The notes: generated by a model from the letters alone, not told the origin. Positions 28,934 through 39,369 are shown, counted from the first letter of the stretch. The stretch is DNA of 64,000 nt from Candidatus Sericytochromatia bacterium (GCA_036676985.1 JAKFBU010000028.1:1-64000), one strand, 5' to 3'. Numbers and translations: made by a program.

Positions 28934-30544
28934 ATGACGACCCGCGACTTGAAGTCCGACCTCCTCGATCAGAGAGCCGCTCTTGCAGCGGCTCTTCTCG
29001 ACGTTTCGCTCAAGCTGGGCCAGGGGCTCGACAAGCAGGGACAGCCCTACCAGTGGATGGTGGACAGCCGCGAGCTGCTGCTGACGGGGCCTTGGCTCCA
29101 GATCGCCGCCCGCTTGATCTGGGAGCGGATCAAGCCTTACAAGCCGGAGATGGTCGGCGGCATGACCCTCGCCGCCAACCCGCTCACCATCGCCGTGATG
29201 TACGAGAGCCGCGCGGACGGCATGCCCGTGGACGGCTTCATCATCCGCAAGGAGCCCAAGGAAGACGGCCTGCGCAAGCTGATCGAGGGTCCGCCCATCA
29301 AGCCGGGCGCCCGGGTGGTGCTCCTGGACGACATCGTCAACTCGGGAGACACCCAGAAGACCGCTCTCGAGGCCCTAGAGCCGACCGGCGCCGAGGCGGT
29401 GGCCGTGGGAGCGCTCATCGATTGCGAGCGCACGGGTGCCCAGTGGTTGCAAGGGCAGCATGTGCCCCTGGAGGCTCTGTTCACGCTCCGCGAGCTCGGG
29501 ATCTCGCAGCAGGTGCCCGAGCAGCCTGAGTCCTGCCGCCTGCTCTGGACCCTGGACGGTGTGAACCGGGGTGGGTACCAGGCGCCCAAATCCACGCCCT
29601 GCTTCAGCGAGGAGGCGATCTTCGTGGGAAGCGACCGGGGGCTCATCCTCTCGCTGGACCAGGAGGGCCAGGTGCGCTGGCACCATCAGGTCCGGGACAC
29701 GGAGCGGGGCGTCCACTCGTCGCCGGTTCTCTACAAGGGGCGGGTGTACGCGGGGGCCTACGATGGTTTCCTTTATTGCCTCTCGGCGGAGACGGGCGAG
29801 TTGGTCTGGGAGGTGCGGCCCGGCCAATGGATCGGCTCCAGTCCTGCGGTGGACGAGGCGCGCGATCGCCTCTACGTGGGCATCGAGTACGGCGAGGCGG
29901 GCGGCAGCCTGATCGCGGTCGATGCGAACGACGGCCGGACCCTCTGGGAGCTGCGGGCCAACGGGTACATGCACGGGTCGCCGCTGCTGGATGCGGAGCG
30001 CGGCCAGGTGATCGTGGGAGCCAACGACGGCGTGCTGTTCTCGGCGGATGCCGGTACCGGGGCCGAGCGCTGGCGCTTTGCGACCGGTGGCGCGATCAAG
30101 GGCAAGGCGGCCGTGGATGACGAGGGGCGGTGCTTCACGGGCTCCTTTGACGGGAACCTGTACGCCCTGGATGCCGGGACCGGTGCGTTGCTCTGGCAGC
30201 GTCGGTTGGGGCATCGGCTCTACACGACGCCCGTGTTGTGGCGGGATCTCGTGATCGTGGGCAGCTACGCCTCGCGCCTCGTTGCCTTGGATCGTCGGAC
30301 GGGCCAGGTCCGCTGGGTGGCCACGACGGGTGGTCCCCTGATCGGCGGGGCGGCGATCGTGGGTGAGGACCGGGTGGCTGCGGGGTCCGCGGATGGCGGG
30401 TTCTACCTGTTCGATGCGGCCACGGGACGGACCCTGTTCCAGTTCCGGACGGGGGGCCAGATCATGGGCACCCCGGCCGTGGGGCTCGGACAGGTGGTGG
30501 TGTCGTCGTTCGATGGAAAGCTGTACGGGTTTGAGGTATCGTAA
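28934..30544 (+). CDS. Orotate-PRTase-like domain fused to PQQ-type beta-propeller
   Basis: IIRKEPKEDG.RKLIEG, VVLLDDIVNSGDT; repeated G..DG.LYALDA.TG..LW blades. Confidence 0.8.
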   Translation: MTTRDLKSDLLDQRAALAAALLDVSLKLGQGLDKQGQPYQWMVDSRELLLTGPWLQIAARLIWERIKPYKPEMVGGMTLAANPLTIAVMYESRADGMPVDGFIIRKEPKEDGLRKLIEGPPIKPGARVVLLDDIVNSGDTQKTALEALEPTGAEAVAVGALIDCERTGAQWLQGQHVPLEALFTLRELGISQQVPEQPESCRLLWTLDGVNRGGYQAPKSTPCFSEEAIFVGSDRGLILSLDQEGQVRWHHQVRDTERGVHSSPVLYKGRVYAGAYDGFLYCLSAETGELVWEVRPGQWIGSSPAVDEARDRLYVGIEYGEAGGSLIAVDANDGRTLWELRANGYMHGSPLLDAERGQVIVGANDGVLFSADAGTGAERWRFATGGAIKGKAAVDDEGRCFTGSFDGNLYALDAGTGALLWQRRLGHRLYTTPVLWRDLVIVGSYASRLVALDRRTGQVRWVATTGGPLIGGAAIVGEDRVAAGSADGGFYLFDAATGRTLFQFRTGGQIMGTPAVGLGQVVVSSFDGKLYGFEVS

Positions 30545-30607
30545 GTCGGCTTGTCTCGTGGGGTCGGAGTGCCCTCGTACCGATCGGAGGCTGCTGAGTC
30601 GGCGACG

Positions 30608-30871
30608 CTGGATTCCCGCTTCCGCGGGAATGACGGGAGCGGTCTTTCAGGTCTTGTAGGAGAGCTACCTTAAGGCGCAAGTCGGCGCTCCCGTCACCCT
30701 CGCGAATGACGGGAGCGGTCTTTCAGGTCTTGAAGGAGAGCTACCTTAAGGCGCAAGTCGGCGCTCCCATCACCCTCGCGAATGACGGGAGCGGTCTTTC
30801 AGGTCTTGAAGGAGAGCTGCCTTTAGGCGCAAGTCGGCGCTCCCGTCACCCTCGCGAACGCGGGGGTCCAG
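30608..30871. repeat. REP-like (dRS3/RPE4-type) inverted pair with internal 76-bp triplication
   Basis: ATTCCC-N8-GGGAAT at left; units start 30628, 30704, 30780; degenerate inverted copy ends at 30871. Confidence 0.85.
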
Positions 30872-30954
30872 AGTAGGGCCTACGGATGCACCTATTGGTG
30901 GGCGCCTGGCGTGATCGATGATGACGAGATCGGCGTGACTTTTCCTGAAATGCC

Positions 30955-31782
30955 TTAAATCTCGTTGAACCACATGTCGTTCACGAGCTCGGTCTTGCCA
31001 TCCCGCACGAAGGAGCCTTGCTCCGTGATGCGGTTGCCGGCCGAGTCGCGCTGATCGACCTTCTGGCCGCCGAGACTCATCTGCGTGATGCCGAGCTCCG
31101 TGGGCTTCATGGCCTGGTTCGTGCCGTCGCCGTTGCTGACGAGCATCGTGAGGCCCTGATCCTCGAGCTTCTGGAGGTCGGCCTTGTCCAGGTAACCCTT
31201 GGAGACGTCGATGCCGGCCAGGGCGGCCTTGTCGCGGAGGTTCTCGTAGGCGTCCTTGTACTTGCCGCCCTCGGTGTCCAGGGGCTCGTCGCCCATGGCG
31301 AGCACGCCGTCGCCCTTTTCGGCCCACTTGGTGTGCTTGAGGCCGTCCACGTCGATGCCGTGCTGGTCGACCGTGGCGTTGGTGTCGCCGTCCGAGTTGA
31401 GGTCGAAGACCAGGGGATCGCCCCCGCCGCCACCATCGCCGCCGCCACCGCCGGAGTCTTGCTGGACGCTCTGGCCGGGCTGCCCAGGCTGGGCCGCGGG
31501 CTGGGCGCTCGGGGGCGGGGAGGTGTTGAGGAAGCACATGTCGAAGTCGGTGTCGCCGCGCGCCGCCTTCATGAGCTTGCGGTTGATATCTTCGGCCAGT
31601 TGCATGTGCTGCAGGGACATGGACGACACGATGCCGCCGCCGACCGCTGCGCTGTCCTGGTTGAGCGGGGCGACCGCCTCGCCGGCAGGCGCGGCCGCCG
31701 CGATCATGGCGGCCTCCGTGGCAGGCGCGGCCGCCTTGGGTAAGATGTTGGGGTCGATCGAACTGGCGCGGATGGGCTCCAT
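30955..31782 (-). CDS. Protein with FrpC-like Asp-Pro self-processing module
   Basis: GGGG-DPLVFDLNSDG...W...DGVLA...ELGITQMSL...GN.I...GSFVRDG....DMWF. Confidence 0.65.
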   Translation of the reverse strand: MEPIRASSIDPNILPKAAAPATEAAMIAAAAPAGEAVAPLNQDSAAVGGGIVSSMSLQHMQLAEDINRKLMKAARGDTDFDMCFLNTSPPPSAQPAAQPGQPGQSVQQDSGGGGGDGGGGGDPLVFDLNSDGDTNATVDQHGIDVDGLKHTKWAEKGDGVLAMGDEPLDTEGGKYKDAYENLRDKAALAGIDVSKGYLDKADLQKLEDQGLTMLVSNGDGTNQAMKPTELGITQMSLGGQKVDQRDSAGNRITEQGSFVRDGKTELVNDMWFNEI

Positions 31783-31862
31783 CGGTGGTCCACCTTTCCT
31801 GGATGCTTCTAATTAATCTTTCCCCGCGGAGGGTGTGTGGCTTGACTAAACGCTCATTAAAA

Positions 31863-33011
31863 GTGAATTCGCTCGCATTAAGAGTTCGTCATGCGTTCGC
31901 CGTGGCCCTCCTGGCCGTACAGGTGGCGATCGCCCCCGCGATGGCCGCCGAGCCGACCTTCCGGGACGACGCGGACAAGGACTCCTTGCTCATCGCCCTG
32001 GAGCGCCAGTGGTCGTACCTGGCCAAGGATCCGGGGACGAGGTTCGTGCTGGGCGATCGCCCCGTCACCCGCGAGGCCCTGCGCAAGACGAGCGAAGCCT
32101 TCCACCGCCTGGTCAAGGAGTCGTGGGGGACGCCCGAGTTCGAGCGTAAGCTCCGCGAGGAGTTCGAGCTCTTGCCCGCCTCCCAGTCGGCGCACGTGAC
32201 GGGCTACTACCTACCCCTGCTGGAGGCTCGCCGGAAGCGGGACAAGACCTTCCGCTTCCCCCTCTACAAGCCGCCTTCGGATCTGATGCGCGTGGATCTC
32301 GGGGCTTTCCGGCCGCAGCTGTCCGGCGAGAGCATCTTCGGACGCATGGAAAAGGGGCGCCTGGTCCCCTACCACTCGCGCCTCGACATCGAGGATCGTG
32401 GGGCGCTGAACGGCAAGCGCCTGGAGATCGCCTGGGTCAAGGACGAGTTCGCGCGCTTCCTCCTGATGGTCCAGGGCTCGGGGCTCCTGCGGTTCGAGGA
32501 TGGACGCATCCAGCCCGTGAACTTCGCGGGCTCGAACGGACGTCCCTACACCAGTCTCGGGAAGCTCCTGGTCGGCGACGGCAAGATCCCCCGGGAGCGC
32601 ATCTCGATCCCAGCCATCCAAGAGTACTTCGCGGCGAAGCCCGATGAGCTGCACGGCTACCTCGTGCGCAACGAGAGCTACGTGTTCTTCCGGCTGGCGG
32701 AGTCCGGTCCGTTCGGCTCGGCCGGCGTCCTGCTCACGCCGGGGCGGTCCGTCGCGACCGACAAGAAGGTCTCGCCCGCAGGGGCGATCGCCTACCTGAG
32801 CTATCCCCGGCAGATGCTGGGTCCGGACCTCAAGCCCAGGGGCCTCGCCGAGACGGGCCGCTTCGTCCTGGACCAGGACACAGGCTCGGCCATCAAGGGC
32901 ATCGGGCGGGTGGACACCTTCTGGGGCGGCGGGCCGGAGGCGGAGGCGATCGCGGGAACCCTCAACGCGACGGGGTCCATCACCTACCTGCTTCTCAAGG
33001 ACTTGCGCTGA
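31863..33011 (+). CDS. mltA: Murein transglycosylase A (start uncertain)
   Basis: TGYY.P, VQGSG, NGRPYTSLG, N.SYVFF, QDTGSAIKG.GRVD.FWG. Confidence 0.9.
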   Translation: MNSLALRVRHAFAVALLAVQVAIAPAMAAEPTFRDDADKDSLLIALERQWSYLAKDPGTRFVLGDRPVTREALRKTSEAFHRLVKESWGTPEFERKLREEFELLPASQSAHVTGYYLPLLEARRKRDKTFRFPLYKPPSDLMRVDLGAFRPQLSGESIFGRMEKGRLVPYHSRLDIEDRGALNGKRLEIAWVKDEFARFLLMVQGSGLLRFEDGRIQPVNFAGSNGRPYTSLGKLLVGDGKIPRERISIPAIQEYFAAKPDELHGYLVRNESYVFFRLAESGPFGSAGVLLTPGRSVATDKKVSPAGAIAYLSYPRQMLGPDLKPRGLAETGRFVLDQDTGSAIKGIGRVDTFWGGGPEAEAIAGTLNATGSITYLLLKDLR

Positions 33012-33103
33012 ATCATTCCCTGATCTTAGCGTCAGGCCTATATTAGCGGACTGGCTTGGGTACAAAAGCGAGGCCGCTACTAGGTTTGACGAGGATTATT
33101 CGG

Positions 33104-34309
33104 ATGCCCTGCAAGTCGTTGCACTGCTTTCTACTATCGATCGTGGCGCTCTCCCTCATCGGCTGTACGCCGCTCGCGATGCCCAACGGATCGCTGCCTA
33201 CCGGATCGCAGGGTGACAATCCCTTGACCACCGTGCCGCCGCTGACGACGGTGGCACCCCTGACGAGGACGTCGGTGTCCGACCTCCAGCAACTTTCGGC
33301 CCTGTCGGCGCTGGCGGCCCTCAAAGGGGCGGGCGGTACCGTCAGCCTGGGATCCACCCCGGCGAGATTCGGCATCTTCGCCATTCCCGAGTCGACGGCC
33401 TCGTGGGTCCCCCTCGACGAGTTCGAGATCGCGGACGCGGGCTCCCGCATGCGCGAGCCCGCCGGCAGCCTCCGCTGGAGCTTCGCCATCGAGCAGGGCT
33501 ACCGGGCGCCGGAAGGCGGAGCGGGCATGTTCCAGGGCCTCACGCTCGTGAGCAGCGTGGCGGATGAACTGCTCGAAGAGGGCTCGCTGACCATGTACTA
33601 CCAGCGGGAGGCGGGCGCGGTGGACGGCGAGTGGAGCGGGACGGACGACATGATTGAAGACGTCGTCACTTCCTCGATCCGGCCGGTCGGGCGTTACGTC
33701 CGGGAGCGGAGCGCCGTCCTGCGCTTCGTCGGGGACGACGAACTCCAGGAGGCGACCGAGAGCATCACCTTCACGCCCGGTGGCGGCTCGACGAGCTTCG
33801 CCAACCAGCAGGTGCGTTCGGTGAGGCGCATGGCCTCTGGCGATGAGGTGTATCGGCAGCAGCTGTCGGGTCGCTTGCCGAGCGGCCACAGTTTCCTCCA
33901 GACGCGAGCCGGCACCCAGAGCCTCGAGGTGATGGCCTTTTCGGACGAAACCAGGGTCACGCTCGCCGATGGGCGCTACCTGTCGACGGTGGTGCGGGTG
34001 ACGGGCACCCCGGATTCCGGACGGAATCTACTTCAGGCGGTCGAGCCCGACTCGGCCATCCGGGTGGCGCTGCACCGTGCGGACGGCAGCCGACTGGTTC
34101 TCCTGGCCCTCGACGCGTTCGAGCCGCAAGCGGCTGAGCGGACCATGCGGACGGGAGGCCAGGTGCTGGACGGCGAAGACCGGATGGTCGGGACCTTCGA
34201 GGGCACGATCGACTTCTCGGCGTCGACCTGGCGCGGGAAGGTGAGCTTCATCGACGGCACGGAGAGCCTTCTGACCCTGGATGCCATGACGCAGGCGCTG
34301 ACCCGCTAG
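33104..34309 (+). CDS. Hypothetical lipoprotein
   Basis: LIGC lipobox; beta-rich mature region. Confidence 0.65.
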   Translation: MPCKSLHCFLLSIVALSLIGCTPLAMPNGSLPTGSQGDNPLTTVPPLTTVAPLTRTSVSDLQQLSALSALAALKGAGGTVSLGSTPARFGIFAIPESTASWVPLDEFEIADAGSRMREPAGSLRWSFAIEQGYRAPEGGAGMFQGLTLVSSVADELLEEGSLTMYYQREAGAVDGEWSGTDDMIEDVVTSSIRPVGRYVRERSAVLRFVGDDELQEATESITFTPGGGSTSFANQQVRSVRRMASGDEVYRQQLSGRLPSGHSFLQTRAGTQSLEVMAFSDETRVTLADGRYLSTVVRVTGTPDSGRNLLQAVEPDSAIRVALHRADGSRLVLLALDAFEPQAAERTMRTGGQVLDGEDRMVGTFEGTIDFSASTWRGKVSFIDGTESLLTLDAMTQALTR

Positions 34310-34440
34310 CGGGATCCGTACCACCCAGGACTGGTTTCCGCTTCCTCGCTCGCCCGGGGAGAGACTGGGCGAGCCGTCGGGTAGAACACAGTAATGTGTT
34401 CTAAACGGAGGCTTCGCATGTACGTCTCGAGGATCCGGCG

Positions 34441-37400
34441 ATGAGCCAAGAGCTCGGTGGCCGCTATGAGCTGGTCCGCCCCCTGGGAGAGGGCGGGATG
34501 GGGCAGGTGTTCCTGGCCGTCGATCGCCAGACCCGCCAAGAGGTCGCCCTCAAGGTCCTCAGCCAGGAGCTCGCCCACTCGCCCGAGGCCCGTGTGCGCT
34601 TCCGCGAAGAGTTCCTCACCATGCGCCGGGTCGCTCACCCGCGCGTGGTCGCGGCCTACGACTTCGGCGCCCTCGCGGACGATCGCCTCTACATGGCCAT
34701 GGAAGTGGTCCCCGGGCCGGGGCTCGAGGAGCAGATCCCGCTTCGGGCCGAGGTCGCCCGCACGTACCTCGTACAAGCTCTGGAAGGCCTCGCCTATCTG
34801 CATGCGAGCGGCCTGATCCACGGCGACCTCAAGCCGGACAACCTGCGCCTGGGAGCCGATGGCGCTCTCAAGCTCATGGACCTGGGCCTCGCGGTCCCCG
34901 TGGGCGCGCAGCCGCGCTCCGTGCAGGGAACGCCCCTCTACCTCGCGCCGGAGGCCGTTCGGTGCGATCGCCTCGACGGACGGTCAGACCTCTACGCCCT
35001 GGGAGCCGTGTTCTACCACCTCCTCGCCGGGCACCCGCCCTTCGCGGCGGAGTCCGCCGTGCAGTTGCTGCAGGCACACCTGCATGAGGCACCGGTTCCG
35101 CTTGCCGAGCGCGTGACCGGCGTTCCCTCGGACCTGGCAGCCTTGATCGACGCGATGCTCGCCAAGGCCCCTCAGGACCGCCCGGCATCGCCTGCCGCGG
35201 CCCTGCGCATGCTCGGCCTCGAGCCGGGGGCGTCCGCAGGTCTTCTTCCTGCGCCCTTCGTGGGCCGGGTGTCGGAGCTGGAGACACTCGTCGGGCGCCT
35301 GGGCGGCGAGCAACTCACCAGCACCGTCGTTGCGGGCCCCTTGGGCATTGGCAAGAGCCGGCTCTTGCAAGAGGTGGCGTCCCGTCTGCAGGTCGCTGGC
35401 CGCACGGTCGTCTCCACGACGGCCGAGCCGACGGCGCAGCCCCTGGGATCGCTGTCGCCGCTGCGCCGCAAGCTCGAGTCGATGGTCGCGGATGCGGCCA
35501 CCCTGGAAGGCATTCGACGCGTCCTAGATCAAGCGGGTGATGTCCTGGACCCGCGTTCGGCGATGCTCGCGCGCCAGGGAGCCTGGCAGGAGCTCGTGCA
35601 GGCGGCGGCAGGCCGACTGCCCCTCGTCATCGCGATCGACGACTGGGAGGCGGCGGACGAGGCCAGTCGCAGCGTCGTCTCGGGGCTAATCGATCGCCGG
35701 GACCTGCGGGTCGGCTTTCTGCTCGCGTCCACCGACGAAGGAAGCGCCGACGCGCTTTGCCTGGGGCCGCTCTCCGAGGTGGAAGTGGGCGAATTTGCCG
35801 CGCGGTCGCTGGGACTGACCGAGGTCTCGCCCTTGCTCGCGGCGGGCCTCGTCGAGCGCTCCGGCGGTAGCCCGCTGCTGGTCGAGGCGCTGCTCGCCGA
35901 GCTGGTGAAGCAAGACGCCATCCCCCGCGAGGGCGACCTGTGGCGGACGGACAAGGTCGACTGGGCCCGGGCCAAGCTGCCCGAGGGTGCTCAGGGCTTG
36001 ATCCGGCGCAGGGCGGAGGAGCTGTCCGAGGCCGAGAAGTCGCTCGTCCGGGCCTTTGCGCTGTTACGCCAGCCGCGCGCATTGATAGATGTCGGGGCCT
36101 GGCTGGGCTGGGAAGAGGGCCCGCTCGTCGCGGCGGCCGCCGGTCTTCGGCAGAAGGCCTTCCTGAGCGAGGGAGAGTGGGGCATGCGCCTGGCGCAGCC
36201 GGCCATGGCTCCCGTGTTGCTCGAAGGCTGTGCCGTCGAGGAGCTGCACCGGGCGATCGCGGCCGGCCTGGAAGCACGGGCCGCCGAGGACGATGCCCCC
36301 GATCTCGCTTTCCACCTCTTGGCGGCCGGCGAGCCGCAAAGGGCCCTGCCGTTCGCCATCAAGGGTGCCCGCCTCTTGCTCGGGCGCTACGGGCTGCAGG
36401 AGGCGGAGCGTCTCCTCGCGTCGACTCTGGAGCTTGCCGCGGGTGACGACCGCTCGCAGGTCCAGGAGCTGAGGGGCGACCTCCTGCGCATGCGGGGCGA
36501 CCTCGCCGAGGCCGAGGCATGCTACCGCGAGGCCCTGGAGCACCGGAACGGCCGAACCGCGCACCTCAAGACGAGCCTATCGCTCGTCTGCCAGATGCTC
36601 TCGCGCTTCGACGAGGCCCTGTCCTTCGCTCGGTCCGGTGCCGACGCCGCCGCCCAGGAAGGCCTTCCCGGCGAGGGGGCGCGTGCCTGGACGACGGTCT
36701 CCCGGATCCACAGCTTGACCGGGGACATGGCCCAGGCCGAGGTGGCCGCCCAGCGTGCGCTGGAGTTGGCGCGCGCCGGGCATGCGCGTGGCTTCGAGGC
36801 GGAGGCCCTGGGGCTGCTCGGCTACTACAAGGTCGCCGAGCCCGGCCAGGCGGAGCAGGCGATCGCCTACCTCCAGGAAGCCCTCGCGATCCGCACGGAG
36901 CTCGGGGACCGGGTGGGCCTCAACGACGCCTACATGTTCCTCGGCAACGCCCAGATGGCGCTCGGCCGCTACCCCGAGGCGCACGAGACCTTCGAGCGCA
37001 ACCTCGCCCTGTGCCGGGAGCTCGGGGCGGCGCGCAACGACGAGATCACCGCTCTCTTGAACCTCGCGCAGGTGGACGCAGAGGCGGGGGCGCTGGACCC
37101 GGCGCTCTCGCGCCTGTCAGAAGCCCTCGACATGGCCGAGGCCGCGGGCGACCAGTTCCTCAAGGGTTATGCGCTCGCTCTGCGGGCACGCGTCAGGGCC
37201 GAGCTCGGCCAGCTGGCCACCGCCCTGGAGGATGCCCGGGGTGCCCGTGCGCTCGCGGATGAATTGGAGAGCAAGTACCTGGCGCTGGTAGCCGAGGCCT
37301 TCCACGCCCAGGTCCTCCTGGCGGCGGGCGATCGCCTCGGGGCCCTGGAGAGCCTCCGCACGGGCCTGGCGCTCAGCGCAGAAACCGGTATCTCCGAGTT

Positions 37401-39369
37401 CGACCTCCTGATGCTTGTGACCCAGGGCGAGGCCTACGGACAGCTGGGCGATCGCCGGCGTTCCATCCAATCGCTCGACAAGGCCCTATCCGGAGCCGAG
37501 GAGACGCGGGCCATGGGCGCGATCGCGCGGGTGCGGCTCGCCCGCACGGCTCTCGAGTTGCCCGTCGCCACGGAGACAGCGCGCATACAGCTCGCCGAGA
37601 CCAAGGCCGCCATTGCAGAGACCGGCATGCAGGCTCTCGGCGCCCGGGCGATGCTCCTCGAAGCGGCGCTGCTCGTCAAAGAGGGCCGGGTACACGAGGC
37701 TGCGCACCTGTACCGCGAGGCCCAGGTCGAGGCCGTGCGCCTGGGACTGACGCTCGTGGCGGCGGACGCCGCTCGCGGCCTCGCCGAGTGGGATCCCGCC
37801 GAGGACGCGCAGCTCGTCTGGCGAGCCTCGGAGGCGAGCCTCGCCCGATTGCTCGGGACCCTGCCCGAGGACCTCCAGGAGAGCTTCCGGGCGCGCTACC
37901 AGCGTCCGCTCGCTGCGGCCGAGGCCCCGCAGGCCGGGCACGATCGCTCCATGGCCTCGGTGGTCGCGGACTTTGGCCGCATGGTGACGGGAACCCTCAG
38001 CTACCGTGAGGTCCTCGACCGGGTGATCGATCAGGTCATGAGCATCACCCGCGCGGAGCGGGGCATGATCATGCTCGTCGACTCCGACGGAGCCCTCGGC
38101 GGTCTTCTCGTTCGGCCGCGCCTCGAAGGGGACGCGAGCCTCATGGCCTTCAGCCGCTCCTTCGCCGATGCCGCCCTGCGCGAGCGCCGCTCCATCTGGG
38201 TGGCAGACGCCCAGTCCGACGCGCGCTTCGCCGCGGCCAAGAGCGTCATGGCGCTTGATCTGCGGACCGTCATCTGCGTCCCCTTGCTCGTGGACGACGC
38301 GGTCATCGGCCTCCTGTACCTGGACCAGCAGAGCGTCAACCGCAAGTTCAGCGAGGCCGACCTGCACCTGGTGGAGGGGCTCGCGGGGTTCGCGGCGCTC
38401 GCGATCGCCAACGCCCGCCGCTTCGAGGAGGCCCAGGAACGCACCAAGCTGCTCTCCGCCATCCAGGAGCTGAGCCGTCTGGTCTCCGCTCAGCTGGAGC
38501 GCGCGGAGATCGAGCGCGTCATCCTCCAGGAGGTCCTCTCGGTCGGACGATCGGAGCAGGGCTCGCTCCTCCTCGGGGAGCCCTTGCAGGCCGTGCTCAC
38601 GCAGGGCGGGCCGCAGGAAGGAGCCTCCCTCGTCGAGCGGGCGCGCCAGACGGGACGCTCGGCCACCGAGGTGGACGCCGAGCGGGTGAGCCGCCTGGCC
38701 CTGCCCCTCATGGCCAACCACCGCCTCTGCGGGGTGCTCTACCTGGAGCGCGCGGGCCAGCAGCCCGTGTTCACGCCCTCCGAGGTCTCGGTGCTCGAGG
38801 CCATCGGGGCCCAGGCGGCGATCGCCCTCGACACCCTCGACTGGCGGGAGCAGCAGCTCGTCCGTTCGTCCCGGCTGGAGAAGGCGCTGCAGCTCATCGA
38901 CGACCAGCGCGACGCGACTAAAGTGGACGAGCTGACGGGCCTCTTCACGCCCGACTACCTGTCGGACCGGCTCGCGCAGGAGATCCGGGAGGCGTCGCGC
39001 TACCAGCAGCCCCTCTCCCTGATGGTGCTGGATCCCGAGCGGATGGGTGAGCTCAACGAGCGCTTCGGCACCGAGACGGGCGATGCCATGCTGCGGCAGA
39101 TCGCCGAGGAGCTGGCCGGCAAGTGCCGGAAGACGGACGTGCTCTGCCGGCTGGGCGGCGACGAGTTCGCCATCGTGATGCCGCAGACGCCCGCGGTGGG
39201 CGCCGAGATCTTCTCGGAGCGGCTGCGCAAGCACCTGTCGGAGCTTGCCATCTGCGACGACGCCGGTACCGAGCTGTGGAGCTTCGAGGCGGCGATCGCC
39301 GTGGTGGAGTGGCGGGCTGCTGAAGCCCCCGAGGCCTTCCTGGATCGGGCGATCTCGGCCCTGGGCTAG
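34441..39369 (+). CDS. Ser/Thr kinase + AAA/STAND ATPase + TPR + 2xGAF + GGDEF
   Basis: GEGGMG, HGDLKPDN, DLG; GPLGIGKS; TPRs; RTVICVPL; RLGGDEF. Confidence 0.88.
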   Translation: MSQELGGRYELVRPLGEGGMGQVFLAVDRQTRQEVALKVLSQELAHSPEARVRFREEFLTMRRVAHPRVVAAYDFGALADDRLYMAMEVVPGPGLEEQIPLRAEVARTYLVQALEGLAYLHASGLIHGDLKPDNLRLGADGALKLMDLGLAVPVGAQPRSVQGTPLYLAPEAVRCDRLDGRSDLYALGAVFYHLLAGHPPFAAESAVQLLQAHLHEAPVPLAERVTGVPSDLAALIDAMLAKAPQDRPASPAAALRMLGLEPGASAGLLPAPFVGRVSELETLVGRLGGEQLTSTVVAGPLGIGKSRLLQEVASRLQVAGRTVVSTTAEPTAQPLGSLSPLRRKLESMVADAATLEGIRRVLDQAGDVLDPRSAMLARQGAWQELVQAAAGRLPLVIAIDDWEAADEASRSVVSGLIDRRDLRVGFLLASTDEGSADALCLGPLSEVEVGEFAARSLGLTEVSPLLAAGLVERSGGSPLLVEALLAELVKQDAIPREGDLWRTDKVDWARAKLPEGAQGLIRRRAEELSEAEKSLVRAFALLRQPRALIDVGAWLGWEEGPLVAAAAGLRQKAFLSEGEWGMRLAQPAMAPVLLEGCAVEELHRAIAAGLEARAAEDDAPDLAFHLLAAGEPQRALPFAIKGARLLLGRYGLQEAERLLASTLELAAGDDRSQVQELRGDLLRMRGDLAEAEACYREALEHRNGRTAHLKTSLSLVCQMLSRFDEALSFARSGADAAAQEGLPGEGARAWTTVSRIHSLTGDMAQAEVAAQRALELARAGHARGFEAEALGLLGYYKVAEPGQAEQAIAYLQEALAIRTELGDRVGLNDAYMFLGNAQMALGRYPEAHETFERNLALCRELGAARNDEITALLNLAQVDAEAGALDPALSRLSEALDMAEAAGDQFLKGYALALRARVRAELGQLATALEDARGARALADELESKYLALVAEAFHAQVLLAAGDRLGALESLRTGLALSAETGISEFDLLMLVTQGEAYGQLGDRRRSIQSLDKALSGAEETRAMGAIARVRLARTALELPVATETARIQLAETKAAIAETGMQALGARAMLLEAALLVKEGRVHEAAHLYREAQVEAVRLGLTLVAADAARGLAEWDPAEDAQLVWRASEASLARLLGTLPEDLQESFRARYQRPLAAAEAPQAGHDRSMASVVADFGRMVTGTLSYREVLDRVIDQVMSITRAERGMIMLVDSDGALGGLLVRPRLEGDASLMAFSRSFADAALRERRSIWVADAQSDARFAAAKSVMALDLRTVICVPLLVDDAVIGLLYLDQQSVNRKFSEADLHLVEGLAGFAALAIANARRFEEAQERTKLLSAIQELSRLVSAQLERAEIERVILQEVLSVGRSEQGSLLLGEPLQAVLTQGGPQEGASLVERARQTGRSATEVDAERVSRLALPLMANHRLCGVLYLERAGQQPVFTPSEVSVLEAIGAQAAIALDTLDWREQQLVRSSRLEKALQLIDDQRDATKVDELTGLFTPDYLSDRLAQEIREASRYQQPLSLMVLDPERMGELNERFGTETGDAMLRQIAEELAGKCRKTDVLCRLGGDEFAIVMPQTPAVGAEIFSERLRKHLSELAICDDAGTELWSFEAAIAVVEWRAAEAPEAFLDRAISALG

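Noticed and set aside
30628-30856. Possible CRISPR array
   Set aside because: 76-bp units are near-identical with no unique spacers, and no cas genes are present; it is a REP-derived tandem repeat.
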